A DNA stretch of 64,000 bases from an uncultured Gammaproteobacteria bacterium (lineage in GTDB: Bacteria > Patescibacteriota > Patescibacteriia > Magasanikbacterales > GWA2-37-8). Location of the stretch: assembly GCA_964510885.1 (NCBI GenBank), contig CAZEDL010000001.1, positions 64,684-128,683 on the forward strand. The letters run 5' to 3'. Shown piece by piece: positions 27,909 to 37,132 of the stretch; position 1 is the first letter of the stretch; each line of letters starts with the position of its first letter. The notes beneath the pieces were generated by a model that saw nothing but the letters and a program-made list of their open reading frames with translations, did not search any database and had not been told where the DNA came from. Made by a program: the position numbers and the translations under genes.

Positions 27909-29765
27909 ATGATTTCTTCCGTTCAACTTCGTCAGATGTATTTAAATTTTTTTAAAAGCAAAGGGCACGCCATTATCCCTTCAGCTTCGGTTATCCCGGA
28001 TAACGACCCAACGGTGCTGTTCACCACCGCCGGCATGCACCCATTAGTCCCATATCTCATGGGCCAAAAGCACCCGGCCGGCAGCCGTCTCGTGAATGCG
28101 CAAAAGTGTATCCGTACTCAGGATATTGATGAAGTGGGGGACAATCGCCATGACACATTTTTCGAAATGCTCGGCAACTGGTCGCTCGGTGATTATTTTA
28201 AATCAGAGGCGATTGAATGGAGCTACGAATTTTTAACTAGCCAGGAGTATCTTGGTATTGACCCGCGCAAACTTGCAGTTACGGTATTTGTCGGCGAACC
28301 TGAAAACAAAATCCCTCGCGATGAAGAAGCCGCCGCTATGTGGCGTTCTATCGGCGTACCGGATCATAAAATTGCTTTTTTACCTCGTAAAAATAATTGG
28401 TGGGGCCCAGCTGGCCAAACTGGCCCGTGCGGCCCAGACACTGAGATGTTCTATTGGATGGGCGAAGGTGAATTCCCGCCCGAAGGCAGCCACCCCGGCC
28501 AAGACGAAGACAATTGGCTCGAAATCTGGAATGACGTCTTCATGCAATACAATAAAGTTGGTGACGGCAAATATGAACCCTTGGCCCAAAAAAATGTCGA
28601 TACCGGCATGGGTCTTGAACGCACTCTCATGGTGCTTAATGGCTATGCCGATGTTTTTCAAATCGACACCTTCTGGCCGCTGATCCAAAAAATTCAAGAG
28701 ATTTCTGGTCGTGAATATATCGAAAATAAAGACGTCACCAAAGCCATGCGCATTGTGGCTGACCACCTCCGCACCGCCACCATGATCATGGGCGATAATC
28801 GCGGCATTGCCCCTGGCAATACTGACCAAGGGTATATTGTCCGCCGCCTCATCCGCCGCGCTGTGCGCTATGGCCGCACGCTTGGTATCCAAGATAATTT
28901 TGCTCAAATTATTGCTGAAGCTGTAATTGAGATATTTAAAGATGTATATCCAGAACTCCTTAAAAATAAAGATTTTGTCCTCACCGAAATGGCCCGGGAA
29001 GAAAGTAAATTCCGCAACACCGTGGAACAAGGTCTCAAAGAATTTGAAAAATTGGTTAACGGGTTCCGAATGGCGTTCGAAAAAACCGGCCAGCAGATTA
29101 CTGAAATTTCTGGCAAACACGCCTTCAAACTATACGACACCTACGGCTTTCCTCTTGAAATGACTCAAGAATTAGCTATTGAAAATGGACTGACCGTGGA
29201 TGTAAACGGCTTTGATTTGGCTTTCAAAGAACATCAGGAGAAGTCCCGCGCCGGAGCTGAACAAAAATTCGCTGGCGGGCTCGCTGATCACAGTGAAATT
29301 TCGACGCGCTATCACACGGCCACCCATTTACTGCATGCCACCCTGATAAAAATTCTCGGCCCTCATGCCACCCAGCGGGGGAGTAATATCACCCAAGAAC
29401 GCATGCGTTTTGATTTTGCGCATCCCCAAAAACTCACTCCTGAACAAGTTAAACAAGCTGAAGATCTTGTTAACGCAGCAATTGCGCGTGATTACCCAGT
29501 TAGCTGGCAAGAAATGACGTTTGAAGAGGCCAAAGCCAAAGGCGCCATCGGGCTATTTGAAGATAAATATCAAGCCAAAGTAAAAGTCTACACCGTCGGC
29601 GACACAAATGAGCTTGCCAGCGCCGATCCCACCATGCCTACCTACAGCCGCGAAGTCTGTGGCGGGCCGCATGTCGAACACACTGGCCTTATAGGCAAGT
29701 TCAAAATTACCAAAGAAGAAGCCGTTAGTGCGGGGGTACGCCGTATTAAAGCGATCGTCGAGTAA
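27909..29765 (+). CDS. alaS: alanyl-tRNA synthetase, short form lacking the C-terminal C-Ala/DHHA1 domain
   Basis: Class II AlaRS N-terminus FKSKGH...TTAGMH...QKCIRT...HDTFFEMLGNWSLGDYFK. Editing-domain motifs HTATHLLH and CGGPHV present. Ends at 618 aa. Confidence 0.9.
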   Translation: MISSVQLRQMYLNFFKSKGHAIIPSASVIPDNDPTVLFTTAGMHPLVPYLMGQKHPAGSRLVNAQKCIRTQDIDEVGDNRHDTFFEMLGNWSLGDYFKSEAIEWSYEFLTSQEYLGIDPRKLAVTVFVGEPENKIPRDEEAAAMWRSIGVPDHKIAFLPRKNNWWGPAGQTGPCGPDTEMFYWMGEGEFPPEGSHPGQDEDNWLEIWNDVFMQYNKVGDGKYEPLAQKNVDTGMGLERTLMVLNGYADVFQIDTFWPLIQKIQEISGREYIENKDVTKAMRIVADHLRTATMIMGDNRGIAPGNTDQGYIVRRLIRRAVRYGRTLGIQDNFAQIIAEAVIEIFKDVYPELLKNKDFVLTEMAREESKFRNTVEQGLKEFEKLVNGFRMAFEKTGQQITEISGKHAFKLYDTYGFPLEMTQELAIENGLTVDVNGFDLAFKEHQEKSRAGAEQKFAGGLADHSEISTRYHTATHLLHATLIKILGPHATQRGSNITQERMRFDFAHPQKLTPEQVKQAEDLVNAAIARDYPVSWQEMTFEEAKAKGAIGLFEDKYQAKVKVYTVGDTNELASADPTMPTYSREVCGGPHVEHTGLIGKFKITKEEAVSAGVRRIKAIVE

Positions 29766-29777
29766 CCAAGCCTCTCC

Positions 29778-29860
29778 TTGTCATTCCCGCGCAGGCGGGA
29801 ATCCAGTGGTCGCTCGCCAAATTAGTAATTGCTAGATTCCCGCCTGCACGGGAATGACAA
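29778..29860. repeat. MITE-like nested palindromic repeat element, copy 2
   Basis: GTCATTCCCGCGCAGGCGGGAATCC ... GATTCCCGCCTGCACGGGAATGACAA. Each arm is itself a hairpin. Confidence 0.6.
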
Positions 29861-29861
29861 T

Positions 29862-30317
29862 ATGCCAAACTTTCTTAAAAAATTTCTCCTCCAATTCTGG
29901 ACTCACCGCGATCAATTTATCCGGTATTTTACCATTGGCGTGAGTGCCTATCTTTTGGATATTGGCACCTTATACCTATTTAAGGAAAAACTACATGTGC
30001 GCGAAACCCTGGCTGTGATCATGAACCAGCCAATCATCATTATCTATGTTTTTTTACTCAACCGTTTTTGGTCTTTTAAATCGACCGGAATTGCTTATAA
30101 GCAGCTCGTGCGATTCTTTGTAGTGGCTGGTAGCAATTACCTCATTGCTACCGCCTGGATTTGGCTAATTAGTGAGCAATTAGGTGTTCAATACATCCTT
30201 GCTCGCACTGCCAACATTATCCTCGCTATCAGTTGGAACTTTTTACTCTACAAGTACTGGGTGTACCGAGTGCCCCCAGTAAGCAACCCCGAAAATAGGG
30301 GAGAAACCTCTGCCTAA
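29862..30317 (+). CDS. GtrA-family membrane protein
   Basis: Four TM helices and a LNRFWSF-type motif. Start set at ATG 29862, downstream of the repeat (the track ORF starts inside the repeat). Confidence 0.55.
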   Translation: MPNFLKKFLLQFWTHRDQFIRYFTIGVSAYLLDIGTLYLFKEKLHVRETLAVIMNQPIIIIYVFLLNRFWSFKSTGIAYKQLVRFFVVAGSNYLIATAWIWLISEQLGVQYILARTANIILAISWNFLLYKYWVYRVPPVSNPENRGETSA

Positions 30318-30403
30318 CCACGATATGTGCATAAGTCAGACCTAAAAATCCTTGACGAATACCCAATTTTCCGCTACACTATCGGCATCTTAATTTTTTT
30401 GAG

Positions 30404-30619
30404 ATGGCAAACCAAGATGTTATCGAAATAAATGGATCTATCACTGAGCTGCTTCCGGCAGGCACATTTCGTGTCACGCTCGAGAGCGGGCAGGTGATTA
30501 TTGCCCATTTATCAGGTAAAATGCGTCTCAATAAAATTCGTCTATCGCTTGGAGATCAGGTGAAAGTTGCCATGACCCCTTACGATTTGACCAAAGGAAG
30601 AATCACATTCCGTTTTTAA
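30404..30619 (+). CDS. infA: translation initiation factor IF-1
   Basis: 71-aa S1-fold protein, conserved throughout. Confidence 0.9.
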   Translation: MANQDVIEINGSITELLPAGTFRVTLESGQVIIAHLSGKMRLNKIRLSLGDQVKVAMTPYDLTKGRITFRF

Positions 30620-30794
30620 AATCTACTATTTTAATAATATCAACCAGTGCGGTGTAGCTTTGCCGGTTCGTTCCCATGATACTAGGTCCGGAACGAAAAA
30701 TGTGCAGGGCGATGATATCGCGGCAGTGGTTGGTATTTTTTGTTCACTCGGATCTAATCCGTGTAATCAACACCACTTAGTATAATCTGTGTAT

Positions 30795-30908
30795 ATGAAA
30801 GTACGCGCCTCAGTAAAAAAAATTTGCAACAAATGTAAAATTGTTCGCCGCTCGGGCAAGCTCCGAGTCATTTGCGTTACCTCAAAGCACAAACAACGCC
30901 AAGGTTAA
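30795..30908 (+). CDS. rpmJ: 50S ribosomal protein L36
   Basis: [37 protein letters not shown], 37 aa, below the ORF-track cutoff. A -10 TATAAT sits just upstream. Confidence 0.85.
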   Translation: MKVRASVKKICNKCKIVRRSGKLRVICVTSKHKQRQG

Positions 30909-30943
30909 TTTATTCGCATCTTTAATTACCACATTACACACGT

Positions 30944-31330
30944 ATGCGTATCTCCGGTATCACTCTTCCTAAGGAAAAACGGATTGTAGTAGCTCTTAAC
31001 TACCTCTACGGCATTGGCCCAAGCCTATCGAAGAAAATCTTGGCTATGGCCAAAATCGACGAAAGCATTCGCACCAAAAATCTGACCAACGAACAGGAAG
31101 ATTTGCTGCGCTCGATTATTGAAAAAACCTACAAAACCGAAGGCGACCTGCGCCGCGAAGTTCAGGCCAACATCAAGCGCCTCAAAGATATTAAAGCTTT
31201 CCGTGGTATTCGCCATATGAAACACTTGCCTGTTCGCGGTCAGCGCACCAAAACCAATTCCCGCACCGTCCGCGGCAATGTCCGCAAGACCATGGGCAGC
31301 GGCCGCAAAGAAACCGGCCAGAAGACATAA
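30944..31330 (+). CDS. rpsM: 30S ribosomal protein S13
   Basis: Conserved N-terminus ...GITLPKEKRIVVALNYLYGIGPSLSKKIL. Confidence 0.9.
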   Translation: MRISGITLPKEKRIVVALNYLYGIGPSLSKKILAMAKIDESIRTKNLTNEQEDLLRSIIEKTYKTEGDLRREVQANIKRLKDIKAFRGIRHMKHLPVRGQRTKTNSRTVRGNVRKTMGSGRKETGQKT

Positions 31331-31367
31331 CCTTACTTCCTAGCTACTCCTCGATAATTCCTTTCGT

Positions 31368-31808
31368 ATGACCGAAGATATCAAAAAAACTTCTGCTGCC
31401 GCCGCTGCTAAAGCCGACAGCGGCAAAGTAGTAAAAGCCAAAAAGAAAAAAATCGTAAAGCAAGTTCCGCGTGGCAGTGCCTATATCCAGGCTTCGTACA
31501 ACAACACCATCATCAGTATCACTGATCCAAATGGCAACGTGCTTGGCTGGTCTTCTGCTGGTGGCCATGGTTTTAAAGGCCCGAAAAAAGCTACCCCGTA
31601 TGCGGCCAGTGTGGTAGTAAAAGAACTCCTTACCAAAATCGCTGACTACGGCCTGCGTGAAGTGAATGTCTTCATCAAAGGCATTGGTGGCGGCCGCGAA
31701 AGTGCTATCCGCGCCTTGCATATCAATGGACTTAACGTGCTGGCTATCACCGACACCACTCCGATCCCGCACAATGGTTGCCGCCCACCGAAACGCCGCC
31801 GCGTCTAA
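31368..31808 (+). CDS. rpsK: 30S ribosomal protein S11
   Basis: ASYNNTIISITDPNGNVLGWSSAGGHGFKG core. Has an N-terminal Lys/Ala-rich extension. Confidence 0.9.
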   Translation: MTEDIKKTSAAAAAKADSGKVVKAKKKKIVKQVPRGSAYIQASYNNTIISITDPNGNVLGWSSAGGHGFKGPKKATPYAASVVVKELLTKIADYGLREVNVFIKGIGGGRESAIRALHINGLNVLAITDTTPIPHNGCRPPKRRRV

Positions 31809-31846
31809 TCTTTATACTACTTACTTTACCCTGAAGACTTACGAAT

Positions 31847-32458
31847 ATGGCCCGTAATTTAGAACCAAAACACAAAATGTGCCGCAAATTCGGCGAGAAG
31901 CTCTGCGACTCTCCGAAATGTCCGGTCACCCGCCGCAGCTACCCACCAGGGCAGCATGGCCCAAACCAGAAAGGTCACAAAAAGATCTCTGGCTATGGCC
32001 GTCAGCTCCGCGAAAAACAGAAAGTAAAAAAAATCTACGGCATTCTGGAACGCCAGTTCAGCAACTATGTGGCTGAAGCTGCTAAAAAGACCGGTGACAC
32101 CAGTAAATTTTTGGTCACCTATCTTGAATCCCGCCTTGACAACGTCGTATACCGCATGGGTATTGCCAAGTCTCGCCGCGCCGCTCGTCAGCTAGTCAGC
32201 CATGGTCATATTGCAGTGAACGGCAAAAAACTCACCATCCCGTCTTACCGCGTTCGCGTCGGTGAATCCATCGGTGTGCGCGAAGAAGCTCGCAAGAAAA
32301 CCATTTTTGCCCCCCTCGCCGAAGCACTGGCCAAAGTTGAAACTCCGGCGTGGCTTAGTATCGAACCAAAAACCTTAACGGGTAAAGTCCTTAATTCCCC
32401 CATAGTAGATAATCTTCACTTTGACGCCAAGTCAATCATTGAGTTTTACTCTCGTTAA
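31847..32458 (+). CDS. rpsD: 30S ribosomal protein S4
   Basis: MARNLEPKHKMCRKFGEKLC... and S4 domain. Confidence 0.9.
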   Translation: MARNLEPKHKMCRKFGEKLCDSPKCPVTRRSYPPGQHGPNQKGHKKISGYGRQLREKQKVKKIYGILERQFSNYVAEAAKKTGDTSKFLVTYLESRLDNVVYRMGIAKSRRAARQLVSHGHIAVNGKKLTIPSYRVRVGESIGVREEARKKTIFAPLAEALAKVETPAWLSIEPKTLTGKVLNSPIVDNLHFDAKSIIEFYSR

Positions 32459-32524
32459 TTTCTGCCCTTATTTTGGCAGAGCCGAGTCCGCACTCTGTGG
32501 ACCGGATAAACTACTTCACACACT

Positions 32525-33343
32525 ATGGAAAATTTTCTTCTCCCCGCCAAAGTCGAGTTCCAGCCAGGTGCTACTGCTCATTCTGGTTCGGTGACCATCA
32601 TGCCATGTTACCATGGCTATGGCACCACCCTTGGCAACGCTCTGCGCCGTGTTTTACTGTCTTCGCTCCCAGGCTCAGCCGTTGAATATTTCAAAATCAA
32701 AGGTGTGCAGCATGAATTTTCGACCATCGAAGGCGTCAAAGAAGACGTAATGGAAATCATGCTTAATTTGAAACAGCTCTCAGTTGCGGTATTTTCCGAC
32801 GAACCAGTGACGCTTCACCTGACCAAAAAAGGCCCAGGCGTTGTTACTGCCGCTGATATCGAATCCAATTCAAGCATTGACATCATCAACAAAAATTTGG
32901 TCATCGCCAACCTCACCGGCACCAAGACTCTTGAAATGGACATTATTGTTGGCAAAGGCCGCGGGTACAAACCAGTTGAAGAAAAAAATAAACAGAACTA
33001 TGACCTTGGCACAATCGTCATGGACTCTGTCTATACTCCGGTAAAAGATGTCGGGTATAAAGTTGAATACACTCGCGTTGGCGACATCACCAACTACGAA
33101 AAACTTTCTATTGCTATCGAAACCAACGGCACCATTTCCCCAGAAGAAGCCCTTCGCCAGAGCACCGAAATTTTGATGAACCACTTCACCATTATTCTTG
33201 ATGGTATCAAAGCTGCTCCAGCCGCTGAAATGACCATGCCAGCCGAAGAAGCCAAAGAGGAAGAAGCGACCGAAACTGATGAAGCAGCCAGCGAAGAAGA
33301 GGCAGAACCGAAAGCCAAAGCCAAAAAAGCTAAAAAGAAATAA
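32525..33343 (+). CDS. rpoA: DNA-directed RNA polymerase alpha subunit, N-terminal domain only; alpha-CTD replaced by an acidic/Lys-rich tail
   Basis: The alpha-NTD is conserved through ...IETNGTISPEEALRQSTEIL. It then ends in EEAKEEEATETDEAASEEEAEPKAKAKKAKKK at 272 aa. Confidence 0.8.
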   Translation: MENFLLPAKVEFQPGATAHSGSVTIMPCYHGYGTTLGNALRRVLLSSLPGSAVEYFKIKGVQHEFSTIEGVKEDVMEIMLNLKQLSVAVFSDEPVTLHLTKKGPGVVTAADIESNSSIDIINKNLVIANLTGTKTLEMDIIVGKGRGYKPVEEKNKQNYDLGTIVMDSVYTPVKDVGYKVEYTRVGDITNYEKLSIAIETNGTISPEEALRQSTEILMNHFTIILDGIKAAPAAEMTMPAEEAKEEEATETDEAASEEEAEPKAKAKKAKKK

Positions 33344-33366
33344 TTACCGCATTTAATGATTAAGGT

Positions 33367-33717
33367 ATGAGACACCAAAAAAAGAAAGTAACGCTTGATC
33401 GAAAAACAGCCTCCCGCAAAGCCCTTCTCACTGGCCTCGCCGAGAGTTTGATTTTGTACGAAAAAATCGTTACCACGAAAGCCAAAGCCAAAGCCACCCG
33501 CTCGCTCGTAGAACGTCTGATTACCAAAGCGAAGCCGGCGACTCTTGCAGCCCGCCGCCAGGTAATCCCAGTTCTACACACCGAGAACGCGGTCAAAAAG
33601 TTAATGACCGAACTTGGCCCGCGCTATGCCACCCGCCCCGGTGGGTATACGCGCATCACCGCCCTTAAAAATCGCAAAGGCGATGGCGCTGAAGAGGTAG
33701 TACTAGAACTTGTCTAA
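33367..33717 (+). CDS. rplQ: 50S ribosomal protein L17
   Basis: MRHQKKKVTLDRKTASRKALL... Confidence 0.9.
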   Translation: MRHQKKKVTLDRKTASRKALLTGLAESLILYEKIVTTKAKAKATRSLVERLITKAKPATLAARRQVIPVLHTENAVKKLMTELGPRYATRPGGYTRITALKNRKGDGAEEVVLELV

Positions 33718-33807
33718 TATTTAGCAGTAATTAGTAAGAATTATTAGTTGCACTCAATCATTCATCAGCTAATTACTAATTACCCATTACTAATTACTCA
33801 TAAAGGT

Positions 33808-34164
33808 ATGTCACGTATTAAACGCACCAAATATGTCCTCGACGCGACCCGCCAAAGCCCGGGGCGCATTGCTACCAAAATCGCTACGATTTTGATTGGC
33901 AAGCACAAAGTCAGCTACTCCACCCACCTCGACAATGGTGACAAGGTGGTGGTTGAAAATGCCGACAAAATTACGTTTACCGGTAAAAAACTGGATCAAA
34001 AAGATTATAAACACCACACTATGCATCCGGGTGGTTTGAAAGTTAAGCCTGCCAAGACCTTGCTCAAAGAAAGCCCGGCCGAAGTTATCCGCCATGCGGT
34101 AGTCAAAATGTTACCTAAAAACAAACTGCGCGAAGCCCGCCTGCGCCGGTTAACGTTTAAATAA
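33808..34164 (+). CDS. rplM: 50S ribosomal protein L13
   Basis: Conserved L13 core. Start chosen at the internal ATG 33808 (MSRIKRTKY...); the ORF track opens at 33748. Confidence 0.8.
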   Translation: MSRIKRTKYVLDATRQSPGRIATKIATILIGKHKVSYSTHLDNGDKVVVENADKITFTGKKLDQKDYKHHTMHPGGLKVKPAKTLLKESPAEVIRHAVVKMLPKNKLREARLRRLTFK

Positions 34165-34173
34165 TCCTCTGTT

Positions 34174-34581
34174 ATGACCAAAATCAACGCCAAAGATACC
34201 AAAATCCGCAGCGTCGGCCGCCGCAAATCAGCCGCAGCCCGCGTCCGCATCGACCAGGGGACTGGTGTAATCACCGTCAACGGCATGCCGCTTGAAAAGT
34301 ATTTTCCATACAAAGAATGGCAGGAAATCGTAATGGCCCCGCTCAAAGCTGTGTCCAAAGAAAAGAACACCGACGTATCGGTTAAAACCGACGGCGGCGG
34401 CAAAAAAGGCCAGGCTACAGCCATCCAACTCGGCATCGCCCGCGCCCTCGTGCAATTCAACGAAGACTTCAAAAAAACCCTCAAATCCCTCGGCGTACTC
34501 ACCCGCGACGCACGCGTCAAAGAACGCAAGAAACCGGGTCTTAAGAAAGCTCGTCGTGCACCGCAGTGGAGCAAACGTTAA
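34174..34581 (+). CDS. rpsI: 30S ribosomal protein S9
   Basis: C-terminal ...GGGKKGQATAIQLGIARAL...ARRAPQWSKR. Confidence 0.9.
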   Translation: MTKINAKDTKIRSVGRRKSAAARVRIDQGTGVITVNGMPLEKYFPYKEWQEIVMAPLKAVSKEKNTDVSVKTDGGGKKGQATAIQLGIARALVQFNEDFKKTLKSLGVLTRDARVKERKKPGLKKARRAPQWSKR

Positions 34582-34595
34582 ACTCGAGTTGCAAC

Positions 34596-34624
34596 AAAAG
34601 CGCCTTTATGGCGCTTTTTTGTTT
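34596..34624 (+). terminator. intrinsic terminator ending the ribosomal operon
   Basis: aaaagcgcc-tttat-ggcgctttttt. Confidence 0.6.
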
Positions 34625-34718
34625 TAAAAACTTGCTGCAAAACACGGCAGACAGGTGAGATAGGAAAATAAAATTTAGGGTTGATTTTAAGGGGAAAGCA
34701 TAGTACTTTAGGGGTACT

Positions 34719-34859
34719 ATGGAAGACCCCAAACAACCCAAAAAAAAAGTTCCCGAAGGAGGTTACAGACCGAAAGGCCAACCTATTGATTTTTTGCTAC
34801 TGAAAAAAATTGTTGAGTCTATTATTCAGGAGGAGGACGAAGATGACGACGATGACTAA
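34719..34859 (+). CDS. small ORF (46 aa) with poly-acidic C-terminus, directly upstream of the PIN gene
   Basis: MEDPKQPKKKVPEGGYRPKGQPIDFLLLKKIVESIIQEEDEDDDDD. Its stop lies 3 nt before the PIN gene ATG. Confidence 0.25.
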   Translation: MEDPKQPKKKVPEGGYRPKGQPIDFLLLKKIVESIIQEEDEDDDDD

Positions 34860-34861
34860 TT

Positions 34862-35404
34862 ATGTTGGATTCTTCCTTGATAGAAAAAATTAAGGGCAAG
34901 CATGTTCTTCTAGATACTTGCGCCTTGAGTTTTGTCCAGAACAGTATTTTTGAGCAGCACACAGAGGATCTTTTTAATGAAATTTTCCAGCTACACTGCC
35001 CTATAGTCACTAATGAGCTGATAAAAATTGAGTTTCTAAGAGATTCTAAATCATTGTCACAGGCGAGAAAAAAAGACTCTTTAATTGAAGCGCTGTGCGA
35101 AGCAGCCATTCCAATTAGGAGCGAACAAAATTTGTTCAAGGAAGCGGTTGAAATTTCTAACATCTATCAATATAGAGGAGTTAAAGGAGTGGAATTGGTA
35201 GATCTTTTAACATCAAGCTTTTTAAAATTATATTCAAGTAATCTCGTTTTATTTACCGAAAACCACAAAGATTTTCCGCTCTTAATCCACGATCGTTTGG
35301 GTACGGTAACTTTAGATAAAAAACAGGAAATCTCGACCTTCAGTTTTTATAGTTTTAATTATAAAAACTTTCAAGAATGTCAAAAAAGGTTTCCTGTAAA
35401 ATAA
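34862..35404 (+). CDS. PIN-domain protein (VapC-like nuclease fold)
   Basis: N-terminal VLLDTCAL, central acidic residues, and a C-terminal LFTENHKDFPLL motif typical of PIN domains. Confidence 0.5.
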   Translation: MLDSSLIEKIKGKHVLLDTCALSFVQNSIFEQHTEDLFNEIFQLHCPIVTNELIKIEFLRDSKSLSQARKKDSLIEALCEAAIPIRSEQNLFKEAVEISNIYQYRGVKGVELVDLLTSSFLKLYSSNLVLFTENHKDFPLLIHDRLGTVTLDKKQEISTFSFYSFNYKNFQECQKRFPVK

Positions 35405-35482
35405 AGCCAGATTTTTAAAATGCAATTTCAGGGGTTTTTTATTTCTTTTTTCAAAATCAAGCTACAATTCAGGTCAAATTCT

Positions 35483-36334
35483 ATGAGCTCTGATCAGGCG
35501 TCAAAAAACATAACAAAAACCTTTAAACCAATCTTTCCGAATGACCAAATTTTGCGTGGAGGCAGTCACACTTATGACGAGGGAACGAGATCAAGCGACT
35601 TAGACTTTTACATAATAATAAGCCATCCTTGGAATGTCTACCGCAACCGCGCCCACTATTCGTCTGAAATAGCAAAACTTAAAACCGAACTGCAGACTAT
35701 CAATCTTTCCATCCTAATCGTCCCCAAATACTTCTTCAAAAAAGGCTACTACTACGTCTACGGCCAAGATGAAACCGGAGCCATAATCGAATCAAAAATC
35801 AACAAAAAAATCATCTACCGCCACAGCCTAAAATTCGCCCTCTTTTACCACCTTGAATTCCTGCGCGCAGCAGATGATAAGGAAAAAGCCAGATTGCTAA
35901 TAAAAACAGCCAAGCAATTATCCGCTGCCGTGCTCATGCGCCAAAGCGCCAAACCTAAATCTCCCATTTTTTCCAAGGAGAACCTAAAAACCGGCCTCGA
36001 AAAAATAACCAACCTAGCCTATAAACTCCTGACCGAAATCCTGTCAGCCAATCCCGAACACATTTCTCACGCCGAATTAGAATCCTGGGGTAGGGAAGTG
36101 GCCGCATTTTTGATTGCCGAAGCCGACCGCAAGCATCGCTATCTTAAATTTTCAAATGCGAATTATCTCATCTACAACATCCGTTTTATAACCAAAAAAG
36201 ACTTCTCATTTCTATTTCATAACCCGGATAAATATATCATTAAAAAATTAAAAGAAGTGGTATTAAAACGAGACACCTCAGACGCCACCCATGCTTATTT
36301 TAAAAAAGTCATTTTTCCAGCGTTGATCTTTTAG
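35483..36334 (+). CDS. nucleotidyltransferase-fold protein (pol-beta-like NTase) with helical C-terminal domain
   Basis: GGSHTYDEGTRSSDLDFYII fits the G[SG]-x(9-13)-D-x-D NTase motif. The start is uncertain; the track ORF begins at 35420. Confidence 0.45.
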   Translation: MSSDQASKNITKTFKPIFPNDQILRGGSHTYDEGTRSSDLDFYIIISHPWNVYRNRAHYSSEIAKLKTELQTINLSILIVPKYFFKKGYYYVYGQDETGAIIESKINKKIIYRHSLKFALFYHLEFLRAADDKEKARLLIKTAKQLSAAVLMRQSAKPKSPIFSKENLKTGLEKITNLAYKLLTEILSANPEHISHAELESWGREVAAFLIAEADRKHRYLKFSNANYLIYNIRFITKKDFSFLFHNPDKYIIKKLKEVVLKRDTSDATHAYFKKVIFPALIF

Positions 36335-36356
36335 AGATTAAATATGCCATAAATAC

Positions 36357-36447
36357 TCGTCATCTTGAGCGCAGCAAAGAATCCCACAACGCCAAATACA
36401 AGCCGCCGTAAACCACAAGGGATTCTTCGTTTCACTCAGAATGACAG
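36357..36447. repeat. MITE-like nested palindromic repeat element, copy 3
   Basis: GTCATCTTGAGCGCAGCAAAGAATCCC ... GGGATTCTTCGTTTCACTCAGAATGACAG. The ~27-bp arms are inverted around a ~37-bp loop. Confidence 0.6.
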
Positions 36448-36537
36448 CGGTGCCAAATTGACGCACTCACTTATTTCCACTATCATAAAGCCACCAATTT
36501 TACTCTCAACCAAGAATCCAGTTTATTCTAAAGTACT

Positions 36538-37131
36538 ATGCTCAACGAAGTAGTTTTTGATATTGAAACCCAAAACACCTTTGCTGACGTCGATAATGAT
36601 TTTAAAAAACTCAAAGTATCTGTTGTTTCCATTTACCGCTACGAAACCAATACCTACGAAAGTTTCGAAGAACACGAACTTGGCAAGTTGTGGCCAATTT
36701 TAGAGCGAGCCGACCGAATAATTGGCTATAACAGCGGCCACTTCGACTTACCAGTGTTAAACAATTACTACCTTGGTGACTTGCAACAATTGCCACACCT
36801 CGACCTGATCGTAAAAATCAAAGAAAGCCTCGGTATCCGCCTCAAACTCGACGATGTGGCCAAAGCCACGTTGGATAATGTCCAAAAAAGCGCCGAAGGC
36901 CTCCAGGCTATCCGCTGGTGGAAAGAAGGCAAGCTTGATGAAATCAAAAAATACTGCGAACAGGATGTCCGGGTTACCAAAGAAGTCTATGAATTCGGCC
37001 GCGATAATCGCCAATTATTTTACAAAACCCTAACCAACGAAGTCTTGCCATTTGCCGTTGACTTCAGCTTCCCCAAAAGCGACGCCAACGCCCCAGCCAA
37101 AAAAGCCATCAATCTTACTCTTCCGTTCTAA
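36538..37131 (+). CDS. DEDDy-type 3'-5' exonuclease (RNase H-like fold)
   Basis: Exo motifs VFDIETQN, GYNSGHFDLPVL and YCEQDV. Confidence 0.6.
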   Translation: MLNEVVFDIETQNTFADVDNDFKKLKVSVVSIYRYETNTYESFEEHELGKLWPILERADRIIGYNSGHFDLPVLNNYYLGDLQQLPHLDLIVKIKESLGIRLKLDDVAKATLDNVQKSAEGLQAIRWWKEGKLDEIKKYCEQDVRVTKEVYEFGRDNRQLFYKTLTNEVLPFAVDFSFPKSDANAPAKKAINLTLPF

Positions 37132-37132
37132 T

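Noticed and set aside
28380-29120. 246-aa minus-strand ORF inside alaS
   Set aside because: Antisense to a strongly conserved AlaRS frame with no start context. It is Phe/Ile-rich because it mirrors AAA/GAA-rich sense codons.
34005-34574. 189-aa minus-strand ORF spanning rplM-rpsI
   Set aside because: Antisense to two conserved ribosomal protein genes, so spurious.
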